In this document: positions 14,048 to 27,800 of the stretch, one piece after another | Position numbering within the stretch: position 1 is the first letter of the stretch | How the letters are laid out: the number at the start of each line of letters is the position of its first letter | Assembly: GCA_951406725.2 (NCBI GenBank) | Contig: OX597832.1 | Location: 56,544,001 to 56,608,000, forward strand | DNA from: Octopus vulgaris | Taxonomy: Eukaryota | DNA length: 64,000 bases | Direction: 5' to 3' | The notes under the pieces: generated by a model | What the model saw: the letters and a program-made list of their open reading frames with translations, nothing else | Told to the model about the DNA's origin: nothing | Database searches by the model: none | Position numbers and translations under genes: made by a program

Positions 14048-14235
14048 AACAACCAATAACAATAATAATAATAATAATAACAACAACAACATTGAAAAAT
14101 ACCTTAGCAATGAGAACCCAGGTTTGAAATTTCCACAAGACACCTGATGATGGCTGGAGGGTATATCAGCCGAAACACTGTGTTAACAATAAACAAGATG
14201 AGGACAAATATCTGTCAAATGTAAATAATGTAAAT
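13940..14235 (+). mobile_element. tRNA-headed, hammerhead-bearing SINE-like element; copies at 3984-4230, 31515-32060, 58730-59180
   Basis: tggcatagtggttaagag...gagttcgattcc head, (AAT/AAC)n spacer, gacac-CTGATGA-stem-GAAA-nnnn-gtgtt motif. Confidence 0.75.
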
Positions 14236-14730
14236 AAGTTCCTGCTGTGTTTCATCAATTCATTACTGTAAACAGCAGCAATATTGTAAAACAGTCAAAT
14301 GTTTCATGAACTTATGGTGCTGGGTTCAAATATCTTGGTAAAAGAGAGAATCCAAGAGGCTGCTTTGCTTCAGATACATCACTTATTAATGTTATGGTTG
14401 TTAAGCCGCAGCATAGCCAAGATCTAGCAGACCTATGCTGAAAGACTTTCCAGTTGTGGCTATCCCAACTTTTGCTTTTTCAAGATATTGTGTATCTGAG
14501 ACTACATTATACAATTTATCCTTTCCTTCTGAAATTGGTATGAGATTTGAGGGAGATTCGGCTGTTATTTCTAGAATATTGAATGATCATTTAAATCAGT
14601 TGTTCTCAAACATTTTTTGTTGTTGTTTTACCTGTGGATCTCTTTGGCTTTTTGGTTCCTTTTTTTAATCAGGTGGACCCCCATAACCCTTTTGTGTTTA
14701 AAAAAATCCTGTAATATTTTTATAATAAAA

Positions 14731-15093
14731 CTAGCACTATGACCCGGCAACATCGGGTCATAGTGCTAGTGCATGCATATACAGCTGCGTGCGTGCGCAC
14801 ATACACGCGAGTACTGTCCAAATTGCCGACCAATCACATACAGCTAGCTGGCATTCAATTGGCGTATCAAGTTTCAGGCATTTTGATTGGGTTTCGGATA
14901 GAAAATTCACAAAAAAATCACTTCTATTGATTTTTTTAATGGCTTTGCGGGGTGACTGGGGAAATGTAAAGATGTACACAACCACCCTCGAACGGTTTTG
15001 AATGACCATAGAAAGTGCAAGCCCTCTAACTGAAAAATTGTGGATTTGTATAAAGGACATGCACACAGACATTTTGCCGTTTATATATATAGA
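14731..15093 (-). mobile_element. Non-autonomous Helitron (copy 1)
   Basis: TC 5' end, long 3' palindrome ending in CTAG; near-identical to 38261-38614. Confidence 0.75.
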
Positions 15094-16954
15094 GAAGAGA
15101 TATTGTTAGGAATTCACCACCACCACCACCACCACCATTAAGTGATGATGGTGGGGGACAAACACAGACACACAAACATATACATTTATGCATATGTTTG
15201 AAAGGCGGCAAGCTGGCAGAAATGTTAGCATGCCAGGCGAAATGCTTAACGTTATTTCGTCTGCTGCTATGTTCTGAGTTCAAATTCTGCCAAGGTCGAC
15301 TTTGCCTTTCATCTTTTAGTCGATTAAATGAGTACCAGTTATGCACTGGGGTCGATATAATCGACTTAATCCGTTTGTCCTTGTTTGTCCCCTCTGTGTG
15401 TAGCCCCTTGTGGGTAGTAAAGAAATAACAAACATATACATTTATATACATACAATGGGTTTCTTTCAGTTTCCGTCCACTGAATCCACTCACAAGGCTT
15501 TGGTCTGCCCGAGGCTATAGTAGAAGACACTTGCCAAAGGTGCCAGGTAGTGGGACTGAACCCAGAACCATGTAGTTGGGAAGCAAGCTACTTAACACAC
15601 AGCCACTCCTGCGCCTAATACTTGTAAGGCGAGCTGGCAGAAACGTTAGCACGCTGAGTGAAATACTTAGCAGTATTTCTTCTGTCTTTATGTTCTCAGT
15701 TCAAATTCTGCTGAGGTCAACTTTGCCTTTCATCCTTTCAGGGTTGATAAATTAAGTACCAGTTGTGTACTGGGGTTCGATCTAATCAACTAGCCCCTAC
15801 TCCAAAAATTTGGGGCCTTGTGCCTAGAGTAGAAAAGAATATGTTTTGTGCATTGTACAAGTATAACCTATTTATTGTGGATAAATTTCAACAACAAAAC
15901 CTTATATGAACCCCTAAGGGAATATGGACCCACACTGAGAGTCACCGGTTTCGACTGTTTCATTTCACAGGTGGTTTATGGACATCATATGTTGATGACA
16001 AAAAATATTCTCTTTTGGTGTTCTTTGTAATTTGTTATTGTTTGTTATGTGAATCCACTGGCACATCTAAAGGTGGGGCTGGGGAGGCTGTCTGCCCTGG
16101 GCAGCAGTTTTGCTCCACCTCCCCACCCCAACAAACCACTATGTATTGTGTTGTGTTTTGTAAAGGGGGTACAGTACAAATTCTAGTTATGCCACTGTAT
16201 GTTTCTTTTTTCTTGAACCCTAACAATCATGCAGTTGGTTTACCTGGTTTCCATGGCACATAAGTGGTAACCCTAACCCAGCCATTTATAATCATGACCT
16301 CCATACCTTGAGGGTATGCTCTGGCACTTGCCACCATTTATCTCTTTCTTCCTTTACTCTACCATCCCATTTATATTCTGCTCCCTGTCCTTTGTGAGCC
16401 TGCCCTGGCACTTCACACTATCTCTCACCAGCTCTCTTTTGCATTCTTGCTGTCTCCCGCTCTCTCTCTTCTTTCTCTTGCTCTTCCCCCAGGCTGGATA
16501 GCCATGTGTCTCCTTTAGAGTGACACACACATTTCTATCCTCATTCCCAATCACCATCTCTCTCTCTCTCTCTCTGGCCAGGTAACCATTTATCTCCTCT
16601 ACAGCAAGACACCTGTTCTGCCTCTCTGTCACACTCTAACCTTTCATCATCTGACACTAGATCACCACCTCCAGTTTAATCAGAGCTGACAAGCCAGAGA
16701 AATGCATCAGGTTCCTTTCTGATTTGGCATGATTTCTACGGCTGGATGCCCTTCATAATGCCAACCACTTTATAGGGTGTGACACTAGCACAGGACCCTT
16801 GCAGACCAATCCTCTTCCCCAAGGGGAGTGGCCTTAATACTTCTGCTGTGGAGTACAAGGCCTTTTTGAGTGCTGAAAAGGGCCAGGTATCTTGGCCCTT
16901 TATCAGCTCATCTAAAGGTTCAGTGTCCTTAGGTTGTCCTACAGTACTTTGTCC

Positions 16955-17540
16955 CATAGCAGAAGTCAAATTTTAAAGACATATAATATGTAATAGTGAC
17001 ATAGCGAACATTATATTTTAAGACAAATATAAGATGTAATAATTATGTAGCAGAAATTATATTTTAAGACGTTTTAATTGTTATCTAGCAGAAGTCATAA
17101 TTTAAGACATATGTGACTCATAATAGCTGTGTAAAAGGCATATTTTAAGACGTATATAAGATGTAATAGTTGTCTTTCAGATGTCATATTTTAAGACATA
17201 TGTAAGATGTCATAATAGTTATATCACAGAAATAATATTTTAAGATATATTACATGCAATATTAATATTTTAAGACATAAAGATATAAATATATATATAT
17301 CTTAAAATATTACTTTCGCTTTATATATATATATATAAGCCGTAATAGTTATGTAGCGAAAGTAACATTTTAAGACAAATGTAAGAAGTCGTAATATAGC
17401 CGTGGAGCAGAAGTCATATTTTAAAGACATATGTTAGACGTAATGTAATAGTTATGTAGCAGAAGTTATATGTAATAAATACATATCGGAAGTCGTACTT
17501 TAAGACCTACGTAAGATGTCGTAACAGTCACATCTAGCGG
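16955..17540. repeat. Degenerate ~40-48-bp AT-rich tandem repeat
   Basis: Recurring tagcagaagtcatattttaagacatat...taatagttatg. Confidence 0.85.
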
Positions 17541-17859
17541 ATGTTGTATATCTATATTTGTGTGCGGAAGTTTACTCCTACCAAGGGCAGATAATTCAAT
17601 TGACCCAGCTGATGTGAGAAGCTTAGTTGGCTGCTTCACGCTTGTTCCACACAAGCTTGGCAGGGTCTCGAATAATTTATAATTACATATATATATATAT
17701 TTCGGGGGTTAAAACCGGAAAAGGAAAAGGGGTCCTGGAAATATATACCGGCGTCTGTTATCGTTTTCACTTCTTACCTTCTCGTCAAGTTTTCCTTTTT
17801 TAACGAAGATCACACCCTATTTTTCTATCATTCTGCTTTCCACGAAAACAAGGTACCGA

Positions 17860-17899
<40 letters not shown>

Positions 17900-18767
17900 C
17901 TATCTATCGGTCGTGGTCAGTATTGTGAAATATTGTCGGTTTACGTTCGACCAGTTATTATATTTGTTTAAAATATCAGTCAAGGGAGGAGAATGGAGAA
18001 CAGAGTTTTTGGTCGAGAGAATCTCTCTTAAAAGGGTAAAGGTTGTCGTCTTATCCCACTTGTAGTAGTGGGAACGGTGATGTAATTTCTTTAAAAAAAA
18101 GGACGAGAAAGGATTAAAAAAAAAGGACCCTTCGTTGTTAAGTTCTCTATCGGAAAAAAACGAAAGAAAAAGAAAAACAAGAACCGTTGATAGATTCACA
18201 GTCAAGGTGACAACAACCAGACTGGAAACTGAATGGAAAAAAGTCTCCTTTTTATTTCAGTTCGGAGCAAAATCGAGAGACAAAAAAAACAGACTTTCCA
18301 CCCTCAATGGTTAATTTTCCTCGTCAACAGAAGAACCTGAATTAATATTATATATAAGTATATATATATAAAGCTTCCTAAGAACAATTTTTCAATTGTT
18401 CTAACTTTATATTTATCTCCAAGATTAGACTGACGAAATATCCAGGTGGGATATCTGATGAAACAACTGTCACACCAGCTGTATAGTTTGAATGAGAAAA
18501 TTTAAATTTACTCTTCATTGAATCGCAGTATATATACAGTGGAACGAAATCAAAACGTTTAATTAAATATAATAATTAATTAATTTTTATTTAAATTCCA
18601 CAAAAAAAAAAAAAAAAAAATCCGTGATTGTCTGAAAGAGTTGGAATTTTACTGAAAGAATTATTTTTGTGAGACGTTTGTCTCTGTTACCAGCTACACC
18701 GTGATTTCATCGCTTATTTTTGCTTCTTCGTATCTCGTGGTGTTTTCTCTTCCCAATTATTTCCACA
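17500..18767. promoter_or_regulatory. Probable ATG3 promoter/5'UTR region, possibly bidirectional
   Basis: SINE-free, CpG-retaining sequence upstream of the ATG; ETS-like CCGGAA near 17715; minus-strand AAG|GTAAGA donor at 17777. Confidence 0.5.
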
Positions 18768-18839
18768 ATGCAGAGTATGATAAATGCTGTAAAGGGGACG
18801 GCCCTTGGAGTTGCAGGATACCTGACACCTGTTCTAAAG
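18768..18839 (+). CDS. ATG3: ATG3 coding exon 1 ([24 protein letters not shown]; N-terminal amphipathic helix)
   Basis: ATG at 18768; AAG|GTAAGA donor at 18840; matches the ATG3 N-terminus. Confidence 0.93.
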
Positions 18840-21800
18840 GTAAGATAACACAATATATATTGCTACTCATATATATATATATATGTAATAAATTTCCATT
18901 TATCTTGATAGATTTCTTCTGTAATTGATATCATCTGTTGTTAATATTAATTTATTATCAATATTTAAAAGATCTGACTGATTATCCCCCAGTAAATATT
19001 CTTGCATCGAAGTGAATATTTTATTGGTTGTTTCTGTAGAATTTTAAGGTTCGCCTTTTTTTCCAGCCAACGTGGCAAGAACCACAGAGCGAAAACCATT
19101 TTAGAAGTGATGATGGTTAATTATATAATTTTGGTGAAGATAATTGGGATTTCTCTCATCTTTGTCAACTTGTAGCTTAAAAGGGCCAGTCTTGACATCT
19201 AATGATGTCTGAAATTATTCTGATATCAACAGTTAACTGTTATCGGAAACCTTTTCCCGGAGTCTGTCTACTGACATTCTTCACCTGGCGTTGTAACAAC
19301 CCTGAACGAATCCAGGAAATACAATCAGACGAAAGGAAAAAAACAAATCACTAGAAAAAGTTAGAACACAACCACACATATGTTCGTGTGTACATATGTG
19401 TCTATATATATATGTATATATATATATATTGGTAAAAACGGTAAGATAACAAAAGAAAGAAAGAGACCTCAATATTATGTAAATAGAGGAAATTTATCTA
19501 TAAAATAATATGTTACATTACTCAATAGTCAAGATAGAACCCTGAGTTTCAGATGCCGAAGTGGAAATCCACAACACCATCTCTTCGGTTATCTGGCTAT
19601 ATATATATATATAAGATGTGTATCATAGGTGAGTCAAAGATCTAGGGGTCGTGCCAAAACATTTATCAAAAACTTCGGCACGAAACCTCCAGGTCTTCAG
19701 TCACTACACACATATCATGTAACACTATATATATATATTGTATTATCATTACTTACAATTCATTTATTGTCAGTCAATAAACGACATCAAATATTTTGAA
19801 CAACAACACTAATACTATTTGTTTTGTTAGAAGTTGTTAATTTAAAACACTTATTCATCTCATTAACAGCCTTTAACCCTAATTGTTCTGTACATTAAAA
19901 AAAAAATTGGTCATTTTTTTTCCTAGCCCAAATTATAATTTCTCTTTCCTTCTGTTGATTCCTTGACATATATACATATATAGCTGGCTCCTTGATTTGA
20001 CAGAAATGTATCGTTTACTAGGTCCACACTGAGGTCCTTTACTAAGGCAGTATGCGAACCCGTACCTCTTAGCTCCAAGAAGATGCTAATTTCATTAACT
20101 TCACAGAAAGTTTCTGCTGGTTTCTGAACGAGAAAAAATTTTCTCATAGTATCATCCATTCGCAATTTCTAAACCCCTGTTAATTAAACATCTGTTAATT
20201 AGGTACCCTATTTAAAGTGCTTGTTACTCGAAAATCAATGACGTAGGCACTTATAGTAGTCGGGTCTTCATTTCTTTGTATTTCTGTTATTTTTCTTCTT
20301 TTCGGTTGTTAATTAGAAAGATAACTCTTCGTTTAATTCCCTAATGGCTTTCCTGTATGTCAAGTTCTGTACAGATACGTAACCAAGAAACTGAATCCCT
20401 GGGTAGAAATGATTGAGTTTCTTTCTTCTATGGTTCAGTGATTACAGATTTACACCTCACTAACATATTATGTTAATGTGTTTTGAGGGAAACCGAATTT
20501 TGTCCCCCCCCCTCCACCTCTCTCTTTCAAGCTCCGAGTAAGGTGGTTGCTTTGTAAGACCCGTCCAGGTATGAATGGCTCGCATTTTACGATCGATTCT
20601 GCGTGCGTTGTCAAATTAGAAGTCACCATAACGAAAAAACGGTGGACAGGATAGATACATAATATCTAATAGTCTTGTCCCCCCAGTGAGATATATACTG
20701 ATAATAAATACTGACAAATCGAAGGTAGATATCGATAATAAATCAAATATTTAATCACTTCAAATACAGGCTGTCCGATAAACGGTATCGTAGCACCTCA
20801 TATTAATACATAATCAATCGTAACACTACATTCTGATTTAAATTGACCAGGTTTCGTATTTCAAAATGCTATTTTATCAATTTTTTATTTTTGTATCCTA
20901 AAATGTATAAACAAATATTATAAAGCATTAAGTAAAAGCCATCAACTATTTTTTTTGCAAATGTTTTCATGATCAAACCGGCTCTAAACCATTTCTATCG
21001 GTCGCTAATTAGTTGGACGGGCAGGTTGTCTCCACCTAAAATAACTTAACATGTCATACACATATACACACGGCAACGTAGTTGATCGACCTGCTAGAAA
21101 TAGGAACCAATTGGAATAACACTATTCAAGGAAAGGAAAGGACACATTAGATGAGGCATAGATCGACTCGCAGAAAGATGAGATCGATACGGGTAGAAGG
21201 CTTTGTATCAAAGGCCTGCTCTCTCAAAGGTGTCCTGCGGCTAAATATTTGTCACAGTCACTTACGTGGTCGTTCGTCCTACTAGAAACAACCGCCAAAT
21301 CTCCTGTGTTAAGAAGGACGGTAACTTTGTGCGGTAAAGTTATACATATTAAAACAAAAGATGAAGTGGTCACAGCTGGGACGCCTCTGAAGTCTACTCA
21401 TTCAGGACTGACTTACAGGTAAACAATAACATCCACCAGAGACAAACCAGCTAAGGAGGCTTTTCGTTAAGTGTTAGAAACACTTTTAAGGCCCAGGATC
21501 GCTTTGCAAGTGTATAAATTACATGTTGGGATGCATGTTAATGTACCCCCACAGATTCTTATGCCCTTGTACATACTGGTTAGGTTTCATTGAATCATTT
21601 TTGGTCTTGAGACTTGAACGATTTTTCGTATGGGTTTTTATTCTGTAAACATCATCAGCGACCGGTTTTGAATTTGAATTGCGCATGAGGATGGGCGCCT
21701 AGAAATAGCAGCTTAATTGTCCTTAAATGACATCCTACCATTTTAAATTTAGAAGGACGCATTGGACAATGTAATGTACATAGTAATAAAGAAGACAAAG

Positions 21801-24800
21801 AAAGGAGCTGGATCGTTGTTGCTGGAATATATTTAATCACAGATCTGCTCAGTCAAGGTTCGCTAAACAGCTAGAGCAATGCCCGTCACAGAATCGTAGG
21901 AAACCCGCCTTTTTCTTTCTTCTTTTTCTTGTTGAGTCTGGGAGGAAAAAGCAGTGTCCGTGGTCTTTGCAGGTTGTCGTACTCCAGTGAGGTTGATGTC
22001 ATTACTGTTCCTCTCGAACCTTTTGTAAGCCAACACCTGCAGGAAAAATCCCAGGGGACCAACGTATTGCGAAGGATTGAGTGTAGTGGGTAGTGCGGGG
22101 CTTGGTGGGGGGCTCGACTACTGCAACAAAGGGTGATGAGAGGAGGAGAGGCGTGTGGGTAGGGAGTGGTTGAGTGGAGGTAGCTTAGGCCTAGTCGACT
22201 CCAAGGAGCAGAGGCCATTAGTGTAGTAGTAGTAGTATGCCAAATCAGACTGGAACCTGGTGCAGCTTTCTGGCTTACCAGTTCCAGTGAAACGATCTAA
22301 CCCATGCCAGCATGGAGAGTGGATGTTAAATGATGATGATAATGATGGACAAGCAGAGGGGATAGAATGTCTGCGAGTTAGAGGCTGGAACATATCTGCG
22401 AGTGTTTTTTTTTTTTTTTATGTCAGTCAGTTGCGCAACCCTTTTCTAGATGTGGAGCACTGTTTCTCCATGTGTGCTGCAGAAATACTACCCTATGATG
22501 TGAGAACAACACTTCATTTGAGGTCCTCAGCTCAGCTTTGTAGAGTAACAATAATTGTTGGGAGCTGAAATACCTTCTAGCCCCGAAGAGAAGGACTAGT
22601 TGTTGGTATAAGTCATCATGATCGTTTAACGTCCGTTTTCTATGCTGGCATGGGTTAGACGGTTCGACTGGGGTGTGGGAAGCCAGGAGGCTGCACCAGG
22701 CCCCAATCTGATCTGGCAGTGTTTCTACAGCTGGATGCCCTTCCTAATGCCAACCACTCCGAGAGGGGCCAGAGGAGCTGCCACCGACCGCGATCGGATG
22801 GTGCTTTTTACATTCACCGGTATGGAAGCCAGTCAAGGTGGTGCTGGCATCGGTAAGTCTCAACAACATTAAAATTGTGCTTTTGCCAGGAGAGATCCTT
22901 AATGATAATGAGACCCTCACAGTTGGAACCATATTGGGGGCTCTAGCTGATCAATGAAGAGTGTGCAATGGTGTTTTGTTAATATGAGTAATATGGTTTT
23001 TGTTGCTACTGAAAGAGACAAGATTGGTAGAACTCAGTTTGACATTTTCATTAATGGAATTGGTGTGGATTTGGTGTAGCATGCCTAGGTTGCTAGGAGA
23101 ATGATGCAGGGTGCGGAAATGTTAGGTGAGAATGAAAGATAACAGTGTCTGTGTAAGTGGGTTTTGTTGGGGGTAGCAAGCAAGTCAGCCATTAATGCAT
23201 GGCAAGAAGGGAGTGGGTGACCAGACCAAACCAAACCCTAGGACACGATAGAATTGGTAGGATGAAGAACAGAAAGAGTTCCATCACCATATGCAGCAGT
23301 GGAGTGATCTGATTGGAAGCTACAGATTCAGAAGTTACAGGATGGATGGAACTTATCAACAGACAGTTTTGGTGAAAGATTCACATGCCAGACATAGTTG
23401 AAAGCTTTGTTGATGTGGGTTTACAACAACATTCATCATCATCATCATTATTATTATTTAACCCATTAGCAATTAAACCAGCCAAATCTGACCCAAATAT
23501 TCTACCTGTTTGTGTACAAACTAGTTAGATCCAGTCTCTCACTCATCATCATCATCCTTTAACATCCGCTTTGCACGCTACCATGGGTTGGACGATTTGA
23601 CTGAGGTCTGGCGAACCAGATGGCTGCACCATACTCCAATCTGATATGGCAGAGTTTCTACAGCTGGATGCCCTTCCTAACGCCAACCACTACGAGAGTG
23701 CAGTGAGTGCTTTTATGTGCCACCGGCACGAGGGCTAGTCAGGCGGTACTGGCAATGGCCACGCTCAAATGCTGCTTTTTATGTGCCACCTGCACAGGAG
23801 CCAGTCCAGCAGCACTGGCAATGACCTCGCTTGAATATTTTTTTCACATGCCACCAGCACAAGTGCTAGTAAGGCGATGCAGATAACGAACACGCTCGAA
23901 TGGTGTTTTTAACGTGCCATCGGCATGGTGACCGGCTTGTTGCTCTGGCAACGATCTCACTTGTATGGTACTCTTAGCGCTCCACTAGCACGGATGCCAG
24001 TCATCAAATTTGATTTCAATTTCACTTGCCTCAACAGGTCTTCGCAAGGAGATTTTAGTGTCCACTGAAGGAAAGGCACGCATAAGTGGACTGGTTACAC
24101 CCCTGACATAGGCCACAAGGTTATGGTCTCACTTGCACTTGCCGAGTCTTCTCAAGCACAGCATATTTCCAGAGGTCACTAGTCATTGCCTCTGTGAGGC
24201 CCAATGTTCGAAGGTCATGCTTCACCACCTCATCCCTACAATGTCATTCTAAAAATAAACAATCACATCATTGAAATCATGAAGCTTAAATATAATGCTG
24301 GATTAATTCAAAACTATGTGAATAAATAAGCATAACATTTGACAGTAATCTGATGAAGGTGCATGGCTCAGTGGGTAGTGTTGGGTTCACAATCATACGG
24401 TAGTGAATTTGACTCCTGGACCAGGCTGTGTTGCGTTCTTGAGCAAGACACTTCATTTTACATTGTTTCAGGTCATTCATCTGTAGAAATAAGTTGCGAC
24501 ATCACTGTATCGGCCTTTGCCTTTTCCCTTGGATAACATCGGTCGCATGAAGTGGGGAGGCTGGTATGCATGGGTGACTACTGGTCTTCCATAAACAACC
24601 TTTCCCAGACTTGAACTTCGGAGGGGAACATTCTAAGTGCAATCCTATGGTCATTCATAACTAAAGGAAGTCTTAACTAATGACTGTAATCTGAATGCTA
24701 AAGGGTTAATGTCTGCTCTCCATGTTGGCATGGATGGGTTGGATGGTTTGACGGAATCAAATGAGCCTCAGACCCACATTGTCTTCCATGTCAACTTTGA

Positions 24801-27800
24801 CATGGTTCCTACAGCTAGAGGCCCTTCCTAATGTCAGTCATTATTTTTACCAAATTTCTCCAACTCAAGAGCCTTGCTGGTGGGTCACAGAGGAGAGTGG
24901 GCCACCTGTGGATCTGATTTTATGGAAACTGTACTGATGATAATTGAGAAGAAAGAAAGTGTGAGAGACAGAAAGAGATTCTTGGTTTTGGAAGATGCCA
25001 TTGTTAACAGCTGCCTCTATTACATTGGAAACGTTAAAATTGTGATAGCTTAAAATTTGACATAAATTTTACCCACTTTACCTTTATATTCTTTTAAAAA
25101 TATTATCTTTACCCAGATAATTTAACTTTGATCATCAGAAGAGAACCAATGTTATCTACCATCTGAGTAGAGTTTGGGGCAGAGACTGCTGTCCACAAGT
25201 GTAACCCCTGTAAGTCAGAATGGCTGTTCTTGCGCATCTTCCTTGCTGTCTTCCAGGACAATGCTTTTCCATTTTGTCTGCTCGTGCTGTGAGAAATGTT
25301 TTTATATTGAGAGACAAGATTGTTTGTATTTGTGTAAGAGAAATGACAGATGGGGAAAAGAAACTGTCATGGTATCTGTCGCTGTCTGACAGGTTTATGG
25401 TTGAGACCTCCAGCATTCTTGACCCCTGGACCATATCCCTGTTCTCCACTATTGGGGAAGAGATTGCTGTGAGTCAAAGTGGCTGTTCCAGAGACTCATT
25501 CTGGCTATCATCCAAGCCAACACCTTTTCCATTTTGTCAGCTGGTGCCATGAGAAATGTTTCTATATTGTGAGAGACATCGTTTTTTTTTTAAAGATCAA
25601 AGTCTATGTCTTACCATTTCTTCAAATTCCATATAAAATTTTTATGAATTAACAAGGGAGCCTATATGTGATCACGCACCCTGCAAGAAATAGCAGCAAA
25701 ACTCCCTTATATCACATTTAACCATCTTTAAAAAGTGTATCCATTGTTTTAAGTGTAGTCCAATGTAGATGATGGTTAATTTTGAAACAAATAAACTGTC
25801 TGTCCATCTCCGCCCATGGTTCTTAGGATAGTCCTCAGGCACCTATCAGAAGCGACTGTCATTAGATTTTTTAAGTTGGATTCCCAAGTGCGATCAACAA
25901 AATTTATGGATACTATCCAGCTATATTGTTCTCGGTCTAAATTGTAGAGTTATTAAATAATAAATAATATTATTTCTGTTTTAGCACAAAAAAAAGAAAG
26001 AAAGAAAGAAAGAAAGAAAAACGCCTACAAATTTAAAGCTTAGGGACTTGGTTGATTATATTGACCTCAATATTAACAATTTATTGACTCCACAGACAGG
26101 AAATATAATTAATAAATAATAGCGAAAATTGTAAAAGTTCAAATTGGAATGTTTGGAATTGAGAGAATGATTTAAGAAGAAAGAAAAAAAAAATTAGAGT
26201 TTCCATTTTATTTTTATTGAAATTGTGTGGATTTGCAAATCATGATAAATTGATAAGTTTAATGATTAACAATCTGTTGTTCATTTTCTGATTAGGAAAG
26301 TCTAAAAAAAGCACTATCTAGTAAGATAGTATTTAAACTTTGTAGAACAAACGAGGAAGAGAGAGAGAGAGAGAATGATAATTAGGTTATATAAGATATT
26401 TCTATGAATTTTGACTTTTTTTTTGCTGTGAATCATTCTTCTACTCTGTTATTAATTGTTTTGTTTTGTCTTTGGCAGGAATCCAAATTCAAAGAAACTG
26501 GCGTTGTAACTCCTGAAGAGGTGAGTATTTTACAGGCATTTGTCGCTTTAATAATGCTCTCTGTGTTCCACTGCAAAACTTTTCTGGGGGAATTCTGAGA
26601 TGTTTGTATTTGCTTGTGTAGCTTTACAGAGGCTACACAAAGAAAGACCAGGGTGTGTGTACCCGTAAGAGTATGGAAGAGAAATTACAGCGGCACGTGA
26701 GGTTTTATCACCTGTGCTGGTGGCACATAAAAGGCACCTTTGCTGGTGACATGTAAAAGGCACTTGTGTCTGTGACACATGCATGAAAGGCATGTATGTT
26801 TGTGACACATAAAAGGGGCATACATGCCTGTGACATGTAAAAGGGGCACTTATGTTTGTGACATGTAAATGGGGTGTGCATGTCTGTGACACGTAAAAGG
26901 GGCACACATGCCTATGACACGTAAAAGGGGCACACATGCCTATGACATGTAAAAGGGGCACAGATACCTATGACATGTAAAAGGGGCACACATGCCTGTG
27001 ACATGTAAAAGGGGCACGCATGTTTGTGACATGTAAATGGGGTGTGCATGTCTGTGACACGTAAAAGGGGCACCTGTGACTGTGACATGGAAACGGCATC
27101 CATCTTGGTGACACGTAAGCGGCACCCGTTTTGGTGATATGTAAGCAGATCCCATCTCGGCGACACATATAAAGCCCCTATATTGGTGACATGTAAACAG
27201 TACCCAGTACACTCTGTGGAGTGGCTAGGGTTAGGAAGGACATCCTGTCAGAGAAACCAAGCCAAAACTGGCTGGAGCTTGGTGCAGCACTGGCCTACCT
27301 GCTGCAGCCAAACCATCTTACCCTTGCTAGCATGGAAAACAGATGCTAATGATGATGATGATGTTGACTGAAACTGTGAAATAATCATAACCAACTTCTT
27401 TTCAATGGTGCATCTCTCATCAGGTTTAGTTGATAGTATTTTGTCCAGTATATTTCAGCATGGAAAACAGGCATTAAATGACGATGACGTTTACTCTTTT
27501 ACTTGTTTCAGTCATTTGACTGTGGCCATGCTGGAGCACTGCTTTCAGTCCAACAAATCGACCCCAGGACCTATTCTTTGTAAGCCTAGTACTTATTCTA
27601 TCGGTTTCTTTTGCCGAACTGCTAAGTTACGGGGGATGTAAACACACCAGCATCGGTTGTCAAGCGATGTTGGGGGGACAAACACAGACACACAAACATA
27701 CACACACACACAAACATTTATACATATATACGACGAGCGTCTTTCAGTTTCCGTCTACCAAATCCACTCACAAGGCTTTGGCCAACCCAAGGCTATAGTA

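Noticed and set aside
16268-16279. Telomeric (TAACCC)2
   Set aside because: Only two units.
18425-18490. Hammerhead-like CTGACGA...GAAA upstream of ATG3
   Set aside because: Helix II is present, but there are extra bases before GAAA and no helix I pairing.
20730-20737. DRE motif TATCGATA
   Set aside because: A single 8-mer about 2 kb into intron 1, which is chance level.
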